Shown: positions 29,371 through 39,433 of the stretch, piece by piece
How positions within the stretch are numbered: position 1 is the stretch's first letter
Layout of the letters: each line of letters opens with the position of its first letter
Assembly: GCA_965233585.1 (NCBI GenBank)
Contig: CBDDTI010000745.1
Location: forward strand, 224,001-288,000
Origin: a bacterium
GTDB taxonomy: Bacteria > SAR324 > NAC60-12
Direction of reading: 5' to 3'
DNA: 64,000 bases
The notes under the pieces: generated by a model
The model's input: the letters and a program-made list of their open reading frames with translations, nothing else
Database searches by the model: none
What the model was told of the DNA's origin: nothing
Made by a program: the position numbers and the translations under genes

Positions 29371-29988
29371 ATGTCTGATAGATTGGATAGAATTGAAAAA
29401 ATCTTGGAAGAAGCCAGTGCTATTGCCAAAGAAGCCAGTATCATTGCCAAAGAAGCCAATGACACAGTCAAGGCTGTTGCCAAACAACAAGAAAAGACAG
29501 ATGCACAAATTGCAAGAACCGATGCACAAATTGCAAGAACCGATGCACAAATTGCTAAAGTTTCTAAACAACTAGGGGGATTTGTCAACAACGCTGGGTT
29601 AATCCTAGAAGACCGAATCTATCGTTGTTTTGAAGAGTCTTTAGGGCAAGACAATCCTATTGAAATAGAGGGAGTTCGCTATGATCGTCTCAACAGAAAC
29701 ATTAGTGGCAAGTTTGGTCAAACAACTGGACAGTATGACATCATTTTGTTCAATCACGACCATGTCTTGATTGTAGAAGTCAAAAAAAAGGCTCATGTCA
29801 ATGATTTGGAGCAGATTTTAAAACAGAAGCAGACCTTCCCTATTGTATTTCCTCACTTCCGCAGTTTTAACTTTCATCTAGGATTAGCCAGTGAGTCTTT
29901 TAGCAAAGATTTGATTTCAGAAGCAAAAGCCAATGAGATTTATTTGATGCAAGAAAAGGCTGGTGTGATTCAAATCGTTGCTCCTTGA
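29371..29988 (+). CDS. Coiled-coil repeat plus PD-(D/E)XK nuclease-like protein (DUF3782-like)
   Basis: Heptad repeats TDAQIAR x3 (21 bp); C-terminal YDII...VEVK. Confidence 0.7.
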   Translation: MSDRLDRIEKILEEASAIAKEASIIAKEANDTVKAVAKQQEKTDAQIARTDAQIARTDAQIAKVSKQLGGFVNNAGLILEDRIYRCFEESLGQDNPIEIEGVRYDRLNRNISGKFGQTTGQYDIILFNHDHVLIVEVKKKAHVNDLEQILKQKQTFPIVFPHFRSFNFHLGLASESFSKDLISEAKANEIYLMQEKAGVIQIVAP

Positions 29989-30103
29989 TTTTCGTGTCAG
30001 TCTTTGTCAAGTGGAGGCTATCCCCAAGCTATTTTGACTTTGATAAGGATTTAAGATACTTTTATGGTTGATTTGAGATCACAAAGAAGGAATCTTTTAG
30101 AGT

Positions 30104-31588
30104 ATGTCTTATTTATCCTTCAACAAAAACACACTTCTTGCCTTTGTTCTGGCAACAATTCCTTTACAAACCTTCTCTGCACAGCATTTCTTGAGTGTGA
30201 GCTACTGGGTCGGTGCTACTGCTGATTCTGTCAAGCAACAGATGACCAATGGCGTAGATTTAGAAGCACAAGACGAAAGCGGTAGAACTCCTTTACACTT
30301 TGCTGCAACTTTCAGCAAAAAAGTAGAGGTGTTAGAAGTTTTGATAAAGGGTGGTGCAGACTTAGAGGCACGAACACGAGATGACCAGACTCCCCTGCAC
30401 CGTGCAGCTGCCAAGAATAAAAATGCAGAAGTGTTGAAGTTGCTGATAGAGAGTGGTGCAGATTTAGAAGCACGAGACCAAAATGGCTGGACTCCCCTGC
30501 ACCGTGCAGCTGCCTTTAACAGCCAACCTCAAATGTTACAAACCCTCATAGAGTCAGGGGTAGATTTGGAAGCACGAGACAAAATTGGTTGGACTCCTTT
30601 GCACTTTGCCTCAGCATTTAGTCAGCAACCTCAAGTTCTGGAAATTCTTATGGAACATGGTGCAGATTTAGAAGCACGAGACCAATACGGTCAGACTCCC
30701 TTGCACTTAGCCACAAAATATAGCAATGTTCCAGAAGTGCTGGAGTTTCTCATAAAGCATGGTGCGGATTTAGAGGCACAAGACCGAAACAGCTGGACTC
30801 CTTTACACTTTGCCGCTGCATTTAGCAATCAAACTCAAATTGTGGAAGTTTTGATAGAGCGTGGTGCAAATTTAGAAGGAAGCATTGTTGGAGATTTGAC
30901 TCCCTTACATTTAGCCGCAAGATATAGCCAAAATGCAAAAGTTGTGGAAGTTTTGATAGAGAATGGTGCAAATTTAGAAGCAAGAGACCAAGACGGTTGG
31001 ACTCCCTTGTTCTTTGCTTCCTCCTTCAATAAAAAAACGGAAGTGTTAGAAGTTTTGATAAAGAATGGAGCAAGTTTAGAAGTACGAGACCAAAATGGTT
31101 GGACTCTCTTGCATGCGGCAACTGCAAATAACGACCAAGCTCAAATTGTGGAAATTCTGATAAAGAGTGGAGCAGATTTAGAAGCACAAGACCAAGACGG
31201 CTGGACTCCCTTGTTCTTTGCTTCCTCCTTCAATAAAAAAACAGAAATATTGAACACTCTGATAAAGAGTGGAGCAGATTTGGAAGTGCGAGACAAAAAC
31301 GACTGGACTCCCTTGCATGCAGCAGCTGCATTTAGCAACCAAGCTCAAATTGTGGAAGTTTTGATAAAGAGTGGAGCAGATTTGGAAGCACAAGACAAAA
31401 TCGGTTGGACTCCCTTGCATGCAGCAGCTGCAAACAACGACCAAGCTCAAATTGTGGAAGTTTTGATAAAGAGTGGGGCAGATTTGAAAGTACGAGACCA
31501 AAACGGCTGGACTCCTTTGGATTTAATTCAAGCAAACACAAAATTAAAAGAGACAGTCAAACTATTGCAAGATTTGAAAGACCGCTGA
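30104..31588 (+). CDS. Secreted ankyrin-repeat protein (13 repeats, 34-aa period)
   Basis: Signal peptide; GADLEARDxxGWTPLHxAA repeats. Confidence 0.95.
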   Translation: MSYLSFNKNTLLAFVLATIPLQTFSAQHFLSVSYWVGATADSVKQQMTNGVDLEAQDESGRTPLHFAATFSKKVEVLEVLIKGGADLEARTRDDQTPLHRAAAKNKNAEVLKLLIESGADLEARDQNGWTPLHRAAAFNSQPQMLQTLIESGVDLEARDKIGWTPLHFASAFSQQPQVLEILMEHGADLEARDQYGQTPLHLATKYSNVPEVLEFLIKHGADLEAQDRNSWTPLHFAAAFSNQTQIVEVLIERGANLEGSIVGDLTPLHLAARYSQNAKVVEVLIENGANLEARDQDGWTPLFFASSFNKKTEVLEVLIKNGASLEVRDQNGWTLLHAATANNDQAQIVEILIKSGADLEAQDQDGWTPLFFASSFNKKTEILNTLIKSGADLEVRDKNDWTPLHAAAAFSNQAQIVEVLIKSGADLEAQDKIGWTPLHAAAANNDQAQIVEVLIKSGADLKVRDQNGWTPLDLIQANTKLKETVKLLQDLKDR

Positions 31589-31621
31589 TAGAACTCAAAA
31601 ACGCATGTCAACTCAAAAACC

Positions 31622-32215
31622 ATGAAACAACGTACAACTTTCATTGAACGCAATACCAAAGAGACTCAAATTGCTGTCAAATTGAACCTTGATGGCACAG
31701 GCATTTATCAGATCAAGACAGGGATTGGCTTTTTGGATCACATGCTTGAGTTGTTTTCTAAACACGCATTGATAGATTTAGAAGTAACGGCACATGGAGA
31801 TTTGCATATTGAAGCCCATCACACTGTAGAAGACATTGGAATTGTGTTGGGTCATGCCATCAAAGATGCACTGGGCGAGAAAAGAGGGATTTGTCGCTAC
31901 GGTTTCTGTCTGTTGCCAATGGACGAGGTCTTGGTAGAAGCAGCGATAGATTTAAGCGGTCGGGCTTATATGGTTTGGAATGTGGACTTTAAAAGAGAAA
32001 ATCTAGGAAGTATGCCAACGGAATTGTTTGAGGATTTTTTCTATGCCCTTTCTGGTGCATTACAAGCCAATGTACATCTTAATTTGCGTTATGGCAGAAA
32101 TGATCATCACATTGCAGAGGGGACTTTTAAGGCATTTGCAAGGGCAATGCGGCATGCAGTTTCTTTGGACATGAAGAATTTGGGTCAGATTCCATCAACC
32201 AAAGGCTCGTTATGA
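31622..32215 (+). CDS. hisB: Imidazoleglycerol-phosphate dehydratase
   Basis: RNTKET, FLDHML, HHTVED, NDHHIAE. Confidence 0.97.
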   Translation: MKQRTTFIERNTKETQIAVKLNLDGTGIYQIKTGIGFLDHMLELFSKHALIDLEVTAHGDLHIEAHHTVEDIGIVLGHAIKDALGEKRGICRYGFCLLPMDEVLVEAAIDLSGRAYMVWNVDFKRENLGSMPTELFEDFFYALSGALQANVHLNLRYGRNDHHIAEGTFKAFARAMRHAVSLDMKNLGQIPSTKGSL

Positions 32216-32790
32216 TTGCTATCATTCATTATGGTGCGGGCAATGTCGCATCGGTGCAAAATGCACTGGAGTCTTTGGGAATTGCATCAAAGATTGTAAA
32301 GACAACACAAGAGCTGGCTGATGCTGACCGTGTTATTTTTCCGGGGCAAGGACGCATGGGACAAGCCTGTCAAAGTTTATATGAAAGCAAAATGTCAGAA
32401 GCGATCCAACAGCTCACAATTCCGTTTTTGGGAATTTGTCTGGGCATGCAAGTTTTGCTTGAGTCTTCACAAGAAGACAATATGCAAGGTCTTGGTTTGA
32501 TACAAGGCAAAAGTGAGCGATTGTTATCAGGTTTAAGGGTTCCGCACATGGGCTGGAATCGTGTGTATTTTCAACCTTCTCCTTTGTTTGAACAAATCCG
32601 TATGGGAGAGTTTTTTTATTTTGCTCATTCATACTGCCTCAAAGAATCCTCTGCTAGTATTGCCTTGACTTACTATGGTAGCCAGATTGTTTCAGCTGTA
32701 CAACATCAAAATTTTTACGCTGTGCAATTCCACCCTGAAAAATCGGGTCAAGCAGGTTTACAACTTCTTCGTAATTTTTCCAAAATTTAG
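32212..32790 (+). CDS. hisH: Imidazole glycerol phosphate synthase glutaminase subunit
   Basis: GICLGMQ, PHMGWN, QFHPEKS. Confidence 0.95.
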   Translation: MIAIIHYGAGNVASVQNALESLGIASKIVKTTQELADADRVIFPGQGRMGQACQSLYESKMSEAIQQLTIPFLGICLGMQVLLESSQEDNMQGLGLIQGKSERLLSGLRVPHMGWNRVYFQPSPLFEQIRMGEFFYFAHSYCLKESSASIALTYYGSQIVSAVQHQNFYAVQFHPEKSGQAGLQLLRNFSKI

Positions 32791-32824
32791 CATCATTTAG
32801 CAATTATTTAACAATCCTTTAGCA

Positions 32825-34312
32825 ATGTTCATTTTTCCTGCCATTGATTTAATTGATGGTCATTGTGTGAGGTTAACACAAGGTGACTACACGCAGTCCA
32901 AAACTTACGACTTCAACCCCTTACACGTTGCCAAGCAGTTTGAAAAACAAGGAGCGTTGTGGGTGCATATCGTAGACCTTGATGGTGCAAAAGCAGGTCA
33001 TCCTGTTAATGCTCAAATTGCTTTGCAAATTGCCAAAGAAACTCATTTATTTGTGCAATTAGGCGGTGGTATTCGTCACTTTGACGTTGCCAAAACACTG
33101 CTTGAAGAGGGCATTCATCGCATCATTTTAGGCACTGCTGCTGTTGAAAATCCAGAACTTGCCCAACAGCTGATTGATGAATTTGGAAGCCACCGCATCG
33201 CCGTGTCACTTGATGTCAAAAAGGGAGCAGTGGCAGTGCGTGGTTGGGAAGAATCTAGCACATTGCCATTTAGTGATGCACTAACAGTGATGAAAAAGGC
33301 GTGTGTTCAAAAGCTAATCATCACCGATGTTGCCAAAGACGGCATGTTGCAGGGAGTGAACACACATTTGATTTCCCAAGCCAAAGGTTTTGATGTCATT
33401 GCCGCAGGGGGTGTGACTCATCTTGAAGATTTGCAAAGCCTTAAAGACCTGAACGCTCATGGCGCAATCATTGGCAAAGCACTTTATGAAAACTATATTA
33501 GGTTAGATGAAGCCTTGAGTATTGGAGGCAAGGAAACGTTGGCAAAACGTATCATTCCATGCCTTGATGTCCAAGATGGTTTAGTTGTCAAAGGTACAAA
33601 TTTTAAAGGACTGCAACCTGTTGGAGATGCTGTTGAACTCGGTTTGAAGTACAGCCAACAAGGAGCAGATGAACTTGTGTTTCTTGATGTTTCAGCGACT
33701 GCTGAACGTCGCAAAAACATGAGTCATTTGGCTTCTCAAGTAGCAAAGCATGTTCAGATTCCCTTCACGATTGGTGGGGGAATTAGTCAGTTGGAAGACG
33801 TCCAGCTTCTTTTTGAAGTAGGAGCTGATAAAGTTTCTATTGGTTCTGCCGCTATCACTCAACCTGAAATGATAGAAAAAATTGCACTTGCCTTTGGCTC
33901 GCAAAGTCTGGTGGTCTCTCTTGATGCTAAACGTGTTGGTACATCATGGAGACTTTACGTCAAAGGGGGACGAGAAGAAACCAACACCGATACAGTAGAA
34001 TTTGCAAAAAAGATGGAGTCGTTTGGGGCAGGTGAATTGCTGGTCAATAGCCTTGATTGTGATGGCATGCAGTCTGGTTTTGACATAGAGTTGTTGAATG
34101 CTATTGCTGAGGCTGTCAAGATTCCTGTCATTGCTTCAAGCGGTGCAGGTGAGCTTGGTCATTTTATGCAAGTCTTTCAACAAACTCCTGTGACTGCTGC
34201 CTTAGCATCTGGCATTTTTCATTATGGCAAATTCAGCATTTCAGAAGTTAAACAATTTTTACACATTCAACAAATTCAAGTACGCCCATGTCTCTCCAAC
34301 AACTCAATTTAG
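32825..34312 (+). CDS. hisA/hisF: HisA-HisF fusion protein
   Basis: aa 1-237 HisA (FPAIDL...VRLTQGDY, GGGIR, SLD, DGMLQG); aa 238-495 HisF (LAKRIIPCLDV, ADELVFLD, SLDAKR, PVIASSGAG); one open frame. Confidence 0.93.
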   Translation: MFIFPAIDLIDGHCVRLTQGDYTQSKTYDFNPLHVAKQFEKQGALWVHIVDLDGAKAGHPVNAQIALQIAKETHLFVQLGGGIRHFDVAKTLLEEGIHRIILGTAAVENPELAQQLIDEFGSHRIAVSLDVKKGAVAVRGWEESSTLPFSDALTVMKKACVQKLIITDVAKDGMLQGVNTHLISQAKGFDVIAAGGVTHLEDLQSLKDLNAHGAIIGKALYENYIRLDEALSIGGKETLAKRIIPCLDVQDGLVVKGTNFKGLQPVGDAVELGLKYSQQGADELVFLDVSATAERRKNMSHLASQVAKHVQIPFTIGGGISQLEDVQLLFEVGADKVSIGSAAITQPEMIEKIALAFGSQSLVVSLDAKRVGTSWRLYVKGGREETNTDTVEFAKKMESFGAGELLVNSLDCDGMQSGFDIELLNAIAEAVKIPVIASSGAGELGHFMQVFQQTPVTAALASGIFHYGKFSISEVKQFLHIQQIQVRPCLSNNSI

Positions 34313-34635
34313 ATGGTTTAGACTCTGGTGAGTTAGACTTTGACAAAATGCAAGGTCTTGTCCCTGCTATCATTCAGCACGCTGAAACTGCAGAAGTTCT
34401 CATGCTGGGATTTATGAACCGAGACGCATTGAATGAAACCATTCAATCAGGATACGTGACATTCTGGAGTCGTTCTAAAAAAAGACTCTGGAAAAAAGGA
34501 GAAACGTCCAATCATACGTTGGCATTGGTTTCTGTTGCGTGCGATTGCGACCGAGACACCCTGTTGATTCAAGCCATTCCAAATGGTGCTGTCTGCCATC
34601 AAGGCACAAGAACATGTTTTGTATCAGAAGTTTAA
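34288..34635 (+). CDS. hisI: Phosphoribosyl-AMP cyclohydrolase (no HisE domain)
   Basis: SRSKKRLWKKGETS, DCDRD, CHQG...C. Confidence 0.93.
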   Translation: MSLQQLNLDGLDSGELDFDKMQGLVPAIIQHAETAEVLMLGFMNRDALNETIQSGYVTFWSRSKKRLWKKGETSNHTLALVSVACDCDRDTLLIQAIPNGAVCHQGTRTCFVSEV

Positions 34636-34924
34636 AAATGTTGCAAAGCCTGACCTTCAAGATTCTTTTTTGTTTGCCTTGAGTTTGGTTTGAACTTTTG
34701 TTCATGTTTTTGTCTGTTTCTCTGACCTCCTTATCTTTACGATTGTTCCGTATTTTGTTGCTTGTTTTTTAGCTCACGTTGCATCTTCATAGAAATAAGA
34801 TAAGTCTTTCAATTTTCTAGCAATGCAAAATAATTTATGAGTTTGCAAAATGAAAAGGCAAAGTTTTTGCTTTAAGCCCATTCATTAGTGTTCACACTCT
34901 TTATTTTCAAATTTAGGACTTATC

Positions 34925-35116
34925 ATGTACCAATCGCATTCCAATTCTCAAAAGCAACAGGAACTGATTCAGCAACGCAATTATAACAACCTGTTAAAAT
35001 ATCTTGAGCATCGTTATCCTCAACATGAATTGAATCATCAATCGTTTCAAGAGTTGATTCGCCTGAAAAATGAGCTTGAAGGACCCCGTTGTGCATCTAC
35101 ACTAAAAGGGCTTTGA
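34925..35116 (+). CDS. Small hypothetical protein
   Basis: 63-aa ORF with AGGA upstream, lying in an intergenic gap. Confidence 0.4.
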   Translation: MYQSHSNSQKQQELIQQRNYNNLLKYLEHRYPQHELNHQSFQELIRLKNELEGPRCASTLKGL

Positions 35117-35196
35117 CCTAATAGGCTGTTTCTGGTCTTGATATGGAAAAGGTATTTTGAGACAATTCTGACTCATCACTTTTTTCACTTCAAAAA

Positions 35197-36954
35197 ATGA
35201 TTGACAGCCTAGAAATTGACCAAAGTTTTGACAATAGGGAGCGTTCTGGGGAACGTTCTCATGTTGAAAAGCTTTTGTCAGAACACCAGAAAGATGAGAT
35301 AAGTGCTTCATTTTTAAAGAGGCAGATTCATTTTTATGGCAACATCTCTAAAGCCGTTCAAGATTTTTTGGTCAGGCTCATTTTAGACGTCCGTGATTTT
35401 GCTACTAGTCAGGGTCTGGAGTTGCAAAATCCATATCATCAAATCCAGTTTTTTGACCCACAGGCTTATGAGGAACGAACAGGCAAAGCGGTTTCTTCCA
35501 AAACCCCACTGCCTGCATCAAAGATTAGCCTCAATCCCATTTCTAAAACTTACACAGTTTTTGTCGTTCTGCCACGCGATGTTGAGACTCCAGATGAACT
35601 TGTCAATGTCACCCGAACTTTATTTTCAAGATTATTTGGAGACATCTATTTCCATGAGACGTTGCAACCTTTGGAATTTTACGCACAGTGCCTTCCAAAT
35701 GACGACATTTCTACATCAATCCGAGAAAAGCTAGAGATTCTGGCAACCATTGACCCAGCACAACAGTTTGCTAAGCAAGAACTTAAAGAACTGCTTCAGT
35801 CTCCTGAAACACTAGACCAACAAACTCAAGACAAGATTTGTCATGCCTTTGAAGAATGTATCAAACATTTTCAAGGGGAGTCGCATGATGTGTTAGAAAG
35901 TCTTGTAAACAAAGTCAAAGGTCTCAATAAGCAACTGCGGTTCATTCTACCGCATCAAGAGCAAGCCTATCATTTTTTTGAAAAGCAATCGTTGAGGCAT
36001 TATCTGCAAAGTTGTTCAGAAAAGTTGAATGAATTGGAGTCTCTTTCTGCATGGATTCAAGAGCTTTTTGAGCAGTTGCATGAACGTCTACCCATTTTGA
36101 CGTTGGAAGGCTTGGAGGAACAGATTTATACAAGAATGATGCTTCTAAAACAAGAGGGAAAGGTGCGTGTGTTTTTGATTGAAAGCATTGAGCTTTCAGA
36201 AGAACAACAACGACTTAAAAACAAATTCCCTCTGCTTTTAAGTAAACTGTTGATTGGTCAAGAGCCGATTCAAAAATGGAATCAAAAGATCAAACAATTT
36301 GAAAAACACTACCAAGACTCTATCTATCAAAAGCTGTTTGAGGCATTGATTTATTTGCAACATTGGGTGAGGCATGGTCTTTCTAAACAAAAAGATTCTT
36401 TTCAGCAGTCCCAAGATTACCCAAAGCTGAAGTCTCTTTGCCATTATTTTAAATTCCGTTTACCACCGATAATGGAACTGAAGCATGTGATTGACCTTTG
36501 TTTAGACTATGACACCTCCCACACCAAGCAGTCTTCTCCTTTCCTTTTGCAAGACTGGAAGCAGGCATGGAGTTACTTCATTTCAGCATTTATGATCTAT
36601 CGTTATGCTCAATTTAAGCAGCAAGACCCCAAGCATCAAGCCATTGACCCCACAAAATACTTGCGTTCCACAAAACTTTTTTTGTCCCAGCAAATCAAGC
36701 AAAGAAAAGTTTATGCGTGGATGGCGTCTATGTTGATAGACATTGCCATCAGACAAAAAGAGGCAGGGTTAGCTTTTGTGCTGTACCTTGCCAAAAATCC
36801 CAACCTCTCTTTACAATATGCACTTTGTCATCTTCAAAAAAAAGCACAAGAATCACAAGACATTGCACAGATTGCCCAAGATTCTATTGAGTCCATTGCC
36901 CAAACTCTCACAGAGGCTTATGAAAACAGAAGGCAGCAGCAACTTGATGAATGA
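35197..36954 (+). CDS. Hypothetical helical protein
   Basis: 585-aa ORF; no motif recognised. Confidence 0.75.
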   Translation: MIDSLEIDQSFDNRERSGERSHVEKLLSEHQKDEISASFLKRQIHFYGNISKAVQDFLVRLILDVRDFATSQGLELQNPYHQIQFFDPQAYEERTGKAVSSKTPLPASKISLNPISKTYTVFVVLPRDVETPDELVNVTRTLFSRLFGDIYFHETLQPLEFYAQCLPNDDISTSIREKLEILATIDPAQQFAKQELKELLQSPETLDQQTQDKICHAFEECIKHFQGESHDVLESLVNKVKGLNKQLRFILPHQEQAYHFFEKQSLRHYLQSCSEKLNELESLSAWIQELFEQLHERLPILTLEGLEEQIYTRMMLLKQEGKVRVFLIESIELSEEQQRLKNKFPLLLSKLLIGQEPIQKWNQKIKQFEKHYQDSIYQKLFEALIYLQHWVRHGLSKQKDSFQQSQDYPKLKSLCHYFKFRLPPIMELKHVIDLCLDYDTSHTKQSSPFLLQDWKQAWSYFISAFMIYRYAQFKQQDPKHQAIDPTKYLRSTKLFLSQQIKQRKVYAWMASMLIDIAIRQKEAGLAFVLYLAKNPNLSLQYALCHLQKKAQESQDIAQIAQDSIESIAQTLTEAYENRRQQQLDE

Positions 36955-37135
36955 AGGGTCAAACATCAAAATTTTAAAAATCTCCTCTTTAAATTTTCTC
37001 AATTTGATTCTCAAATGTTGTTTGAAAAGACATTGCATTTGAACTTGTCAAAATTTTGTCTCTTGCAACCTGATTTCAATTCTTTTAAACTAGCCTGTTC
37101 TTAATCTTAAAAATCTTTATTTGAAGGAGCAACTT

Positions 37136-37318
37136 ATGTTTGGTTTAGGAATTTGGGAATTGCTGATCATTTTGAGTATCGTTGTTGTGCTTTTTGGTGC
37201 AAAAAGGCTTCCTATGATTGGCGAGGGGATTGGAAAAATGATTACCAACTTTAAGCGGGAGTCTAAGACGATTGAAGAACCTGAGACAAAAGTGACTGAA
37301 GAAGTGAAAGCAAATTAA
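37136..37318 (+). CDS. tatA: Twin-arginine translocase TatA/E
   Basis: MFGLGIWELLII...LFGAKRLP. Confidence 0.93.
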   Translation: MFGLGIWELLIILSIVVVLFGAKRLPMIGEGIGKMITNFKRESKTIEEPETKVTEEVKAN

Positions 37319-37338
37319 GATGGTCTCCATCTTTTTTT
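37317..37338 (+). terminator. Intrinsic terminator after tatA
   Basis: AAGATGG-TCT-CCATCTT followed by a T run. Confidence 0.55.
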
Positions 37339-37355
37339 GAGGTTTGGAGTGAGTG

Positions 37356-39425
37356 ATGATGATGTTTGAGCATAGTCAGTTGATTGCTGAGCTAGAGAAT
37401 TTGGGAATGCTCAAATCGGCAACTTTGTGTCAGCATTTGGAAAGCAAAGCAGTTTCACAGGCTCAATGGCAGTTGTTTTTGGATATGCTTCCAAGATGCT
37501 GTGACCTCAACATCAGCGACACCACATTTGGTGGGGCAATCTTGGCGGTGCAGAATGATGATGCTTTTCAAAGATTTTCAAAAATTCTTGATCAATCTAT
37601 CATTCAAGTTGCAAAAATCTTTCAAGAACTTCAAACCTTACCAAAGCCAAAAGTGGCACAAGCCGAGCGATTTATCAAACTTTGGAGTTTTGTAGCACAA
37701 CAAACTGAAGTCCTGTCGTTAGACCTTGTTCAACGAACCACTCAATTTCTTCAAATTGATCCCACCTCTGAACAGGCACAAGAACAAGGTCAAGGTGTTT
37801 TAGCCATAGAAGCCAAATTGGCAGGCAGACTCGGCATCTCATCTATCAAATCAGAGTTAGAAGACTTTGCCCTCCGTTGCATTGACCCTGAAAGCTATTA
37901 CTTCATCAAAGACAATGTTGCATTAAAACGCAAAGAAAGAGAACGGGTGATTGAGCAGATGACCCAAGAACTCAATCAGCTCATGGAATCTAGCAAGATC
38001 ATTGCTGAAGTCTGTGGACGTTACAAAAGGTTCTATTCTATCTATAAAAAATTGCAACGTGTGAATTTTCAGTTTGAGAGGATTCAAGATTTGTTTGCAT
38101 TCCGTGTTTTGACTCATTCCATTAATGATTGTTATCGTGCATTAGATGTCATTCATCAAAGGTGGCAGTCTGTAGAAGGCAGGTCAAAGGATTACATTAT
38201 GAAGTCCAAAAAAAATGGCTATTCTTCATTGCATACCACCCTAGTTGATGAATTTGGAATGTATCTTGAGGTTCAGATTCGCACGGTGGAGATGCACCAT
38301 ACTGCAGAATATGGACCTGCCGCTCATTGGTTGTACAAAGAGGCAAATCCTGTCCATGCAGATAAGAAGACGTTGAACAAGTTGCAATCATCACAGGAGT
38401 TATTGCAACACGCCATGCGTCAGAAAGAACAGCCCCAGTCTTCCAAAAAACGCAAACGCAAGGTCTCTGAAGAAAACGAAACCCTTGTCCCGATTTATGT
38501 GAGAACACCAGATGAGGATATTTTTGAACTGCCTCATGATGCAACTCCTGTTGACCTTGCCTATGCCATTCATTCAAAACTGGGCGAGCTTGTCACAGGT
38601 GCGCAAATCAATGGCAAGCAGTGCAGTATTTTCCAGCCTCTGCAAACCAATCAATGTGTGAAGCTAATCTTGTCAGAAAATCAAACGCCTCATCTGGGTT
38701 GGCTTGCTAAAGTCCGTTCTAAGAATGCTAAAAAGCAGATTGAAAAATATTTGCGTGCAAGCAACCAAGAGCAAGTCAATGAAGTGATTCAGCAAAGTTT
38801 GGAATTTGCATTGAAGGCAAGGCATTTGGAATGGAAAAAAGTGTCCAAAGAGCAAATCTTTTTAGATTTTTTGCACGTTCAAGGATATAAAAGCGTGAGT
38901 GAATTGATTGGAAAAATACGTGAAGCCTCGTATCGCAACGTTGCCTTAGATGTTCAAACTCAACAATTTGTGTCCCTTTTTATCTCGTGGAGTAGAGAAC
39001 AGATGAGGGTTACGGTGGAAGAGACTTTGATGAAATCAGGCGTTGATTTGGAGCATTTAAAAAAGCAAGCTCTGCTCAATCAGTTTCTACAAACATCGGG
39101 GCTGGCATCTTCTTATAATGACTTGCTTGACCAAATTATTCAGAAAAAAACTTTGATCTGCGATGTCGTTTCAAAAATCAACCACTTCTTAAATTTAAGA
39201 AACCAAGTTCCCGAGGGGTTTGGAAACTCTAATCTAAAACGTTCTGTGGTATTGGGCGGGAACATGCCGACTCAAGCCGTGTTTGCCAAATGTTGCTACC
39301 CTTACCCTCATGCTCCTATTACAGGTTATTTGCTTGGAAATGGTGGGCTGTCCGTTCATCGTTCTCACTGTTCCCAACTCAGCTTACTTGATTCTAAACG
39401 TATGATTGAAGTCCAGTGGTCTTGA
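37356..39425 (+). CDS. RelA/SpoT homolog: degenerate HD domain, synthetase, TGS, ZFD; no ACT
   Basis: GRYK..SIYKK, RSKDY, NGYSSLHT, EVQIRT, HWLYK, DLAYAIHS, CC...H...C. Confidence 0.9.
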   Translation: MMMFEHSQLIAELENLGMLKSATLCQHLESKAVSQAQWQLFLDMLPRCCDLNISDTTFGGAILAVQNDDAFQRFSKILDQSIIQVAKIFQELQTLPKPKVAQAERFIKLWSFVAQQTEVLSLDLVQRTTQFLQIDPTSEQAQEQGQGVLAIEAKLAGRLGISSIKSELEDFALRCIDPESYYFIKDNVALKRKERERVIEQMTQELNQLMESSKIIAEVCGRYKRFYSIYKKLQRVNFQFERIQDLFAFRVLTHSINDCYRALDVIHQRWQSVEGRSKDYIMKSKKNGYSSLHTTLVDEFGMYLEVQIRTVEMHHTAEYGPAAHWLYKEANPVHADKKTLNKLQSSQELLQHAMRQKEQPQSSKKRKRKVSEENETLVPIYVRTPDEDIFELPHDATPVDLAYAIHSKLGELVTGAQINGKQCSIFQPLQTNQCVKLILSENQTPHLGWLAKVRSKNAKKQIEKYLRASNQEQVNEVIQQSLEFALKARHLEWKKVSKEQIFLDFLHVQGYKSVSELIGKIREASYRNVALDVQTQQFVSLFISWSREQMRVTVEETLMKSGVDLEHLKKQALLNQFLQTSGLASSYNDLLDQIIQKKTLICDVVSKINHFLNLRNQVPEGFGNSNLKRSVVLGGNMPTQAVFAKCCYPYPHAPITGYLLGNGGLSVHRSHCSQLSLLDSKRMIEVQWS

Positions 39426-39433
39426 GCCAAGAT

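Noticed and set aside
34475..34790. Minus-strand ORF with a strong SD-like TAAGGAGGT
   Set aside because: The SD is too far from the ATG and the ORF overlaps hisI antisense
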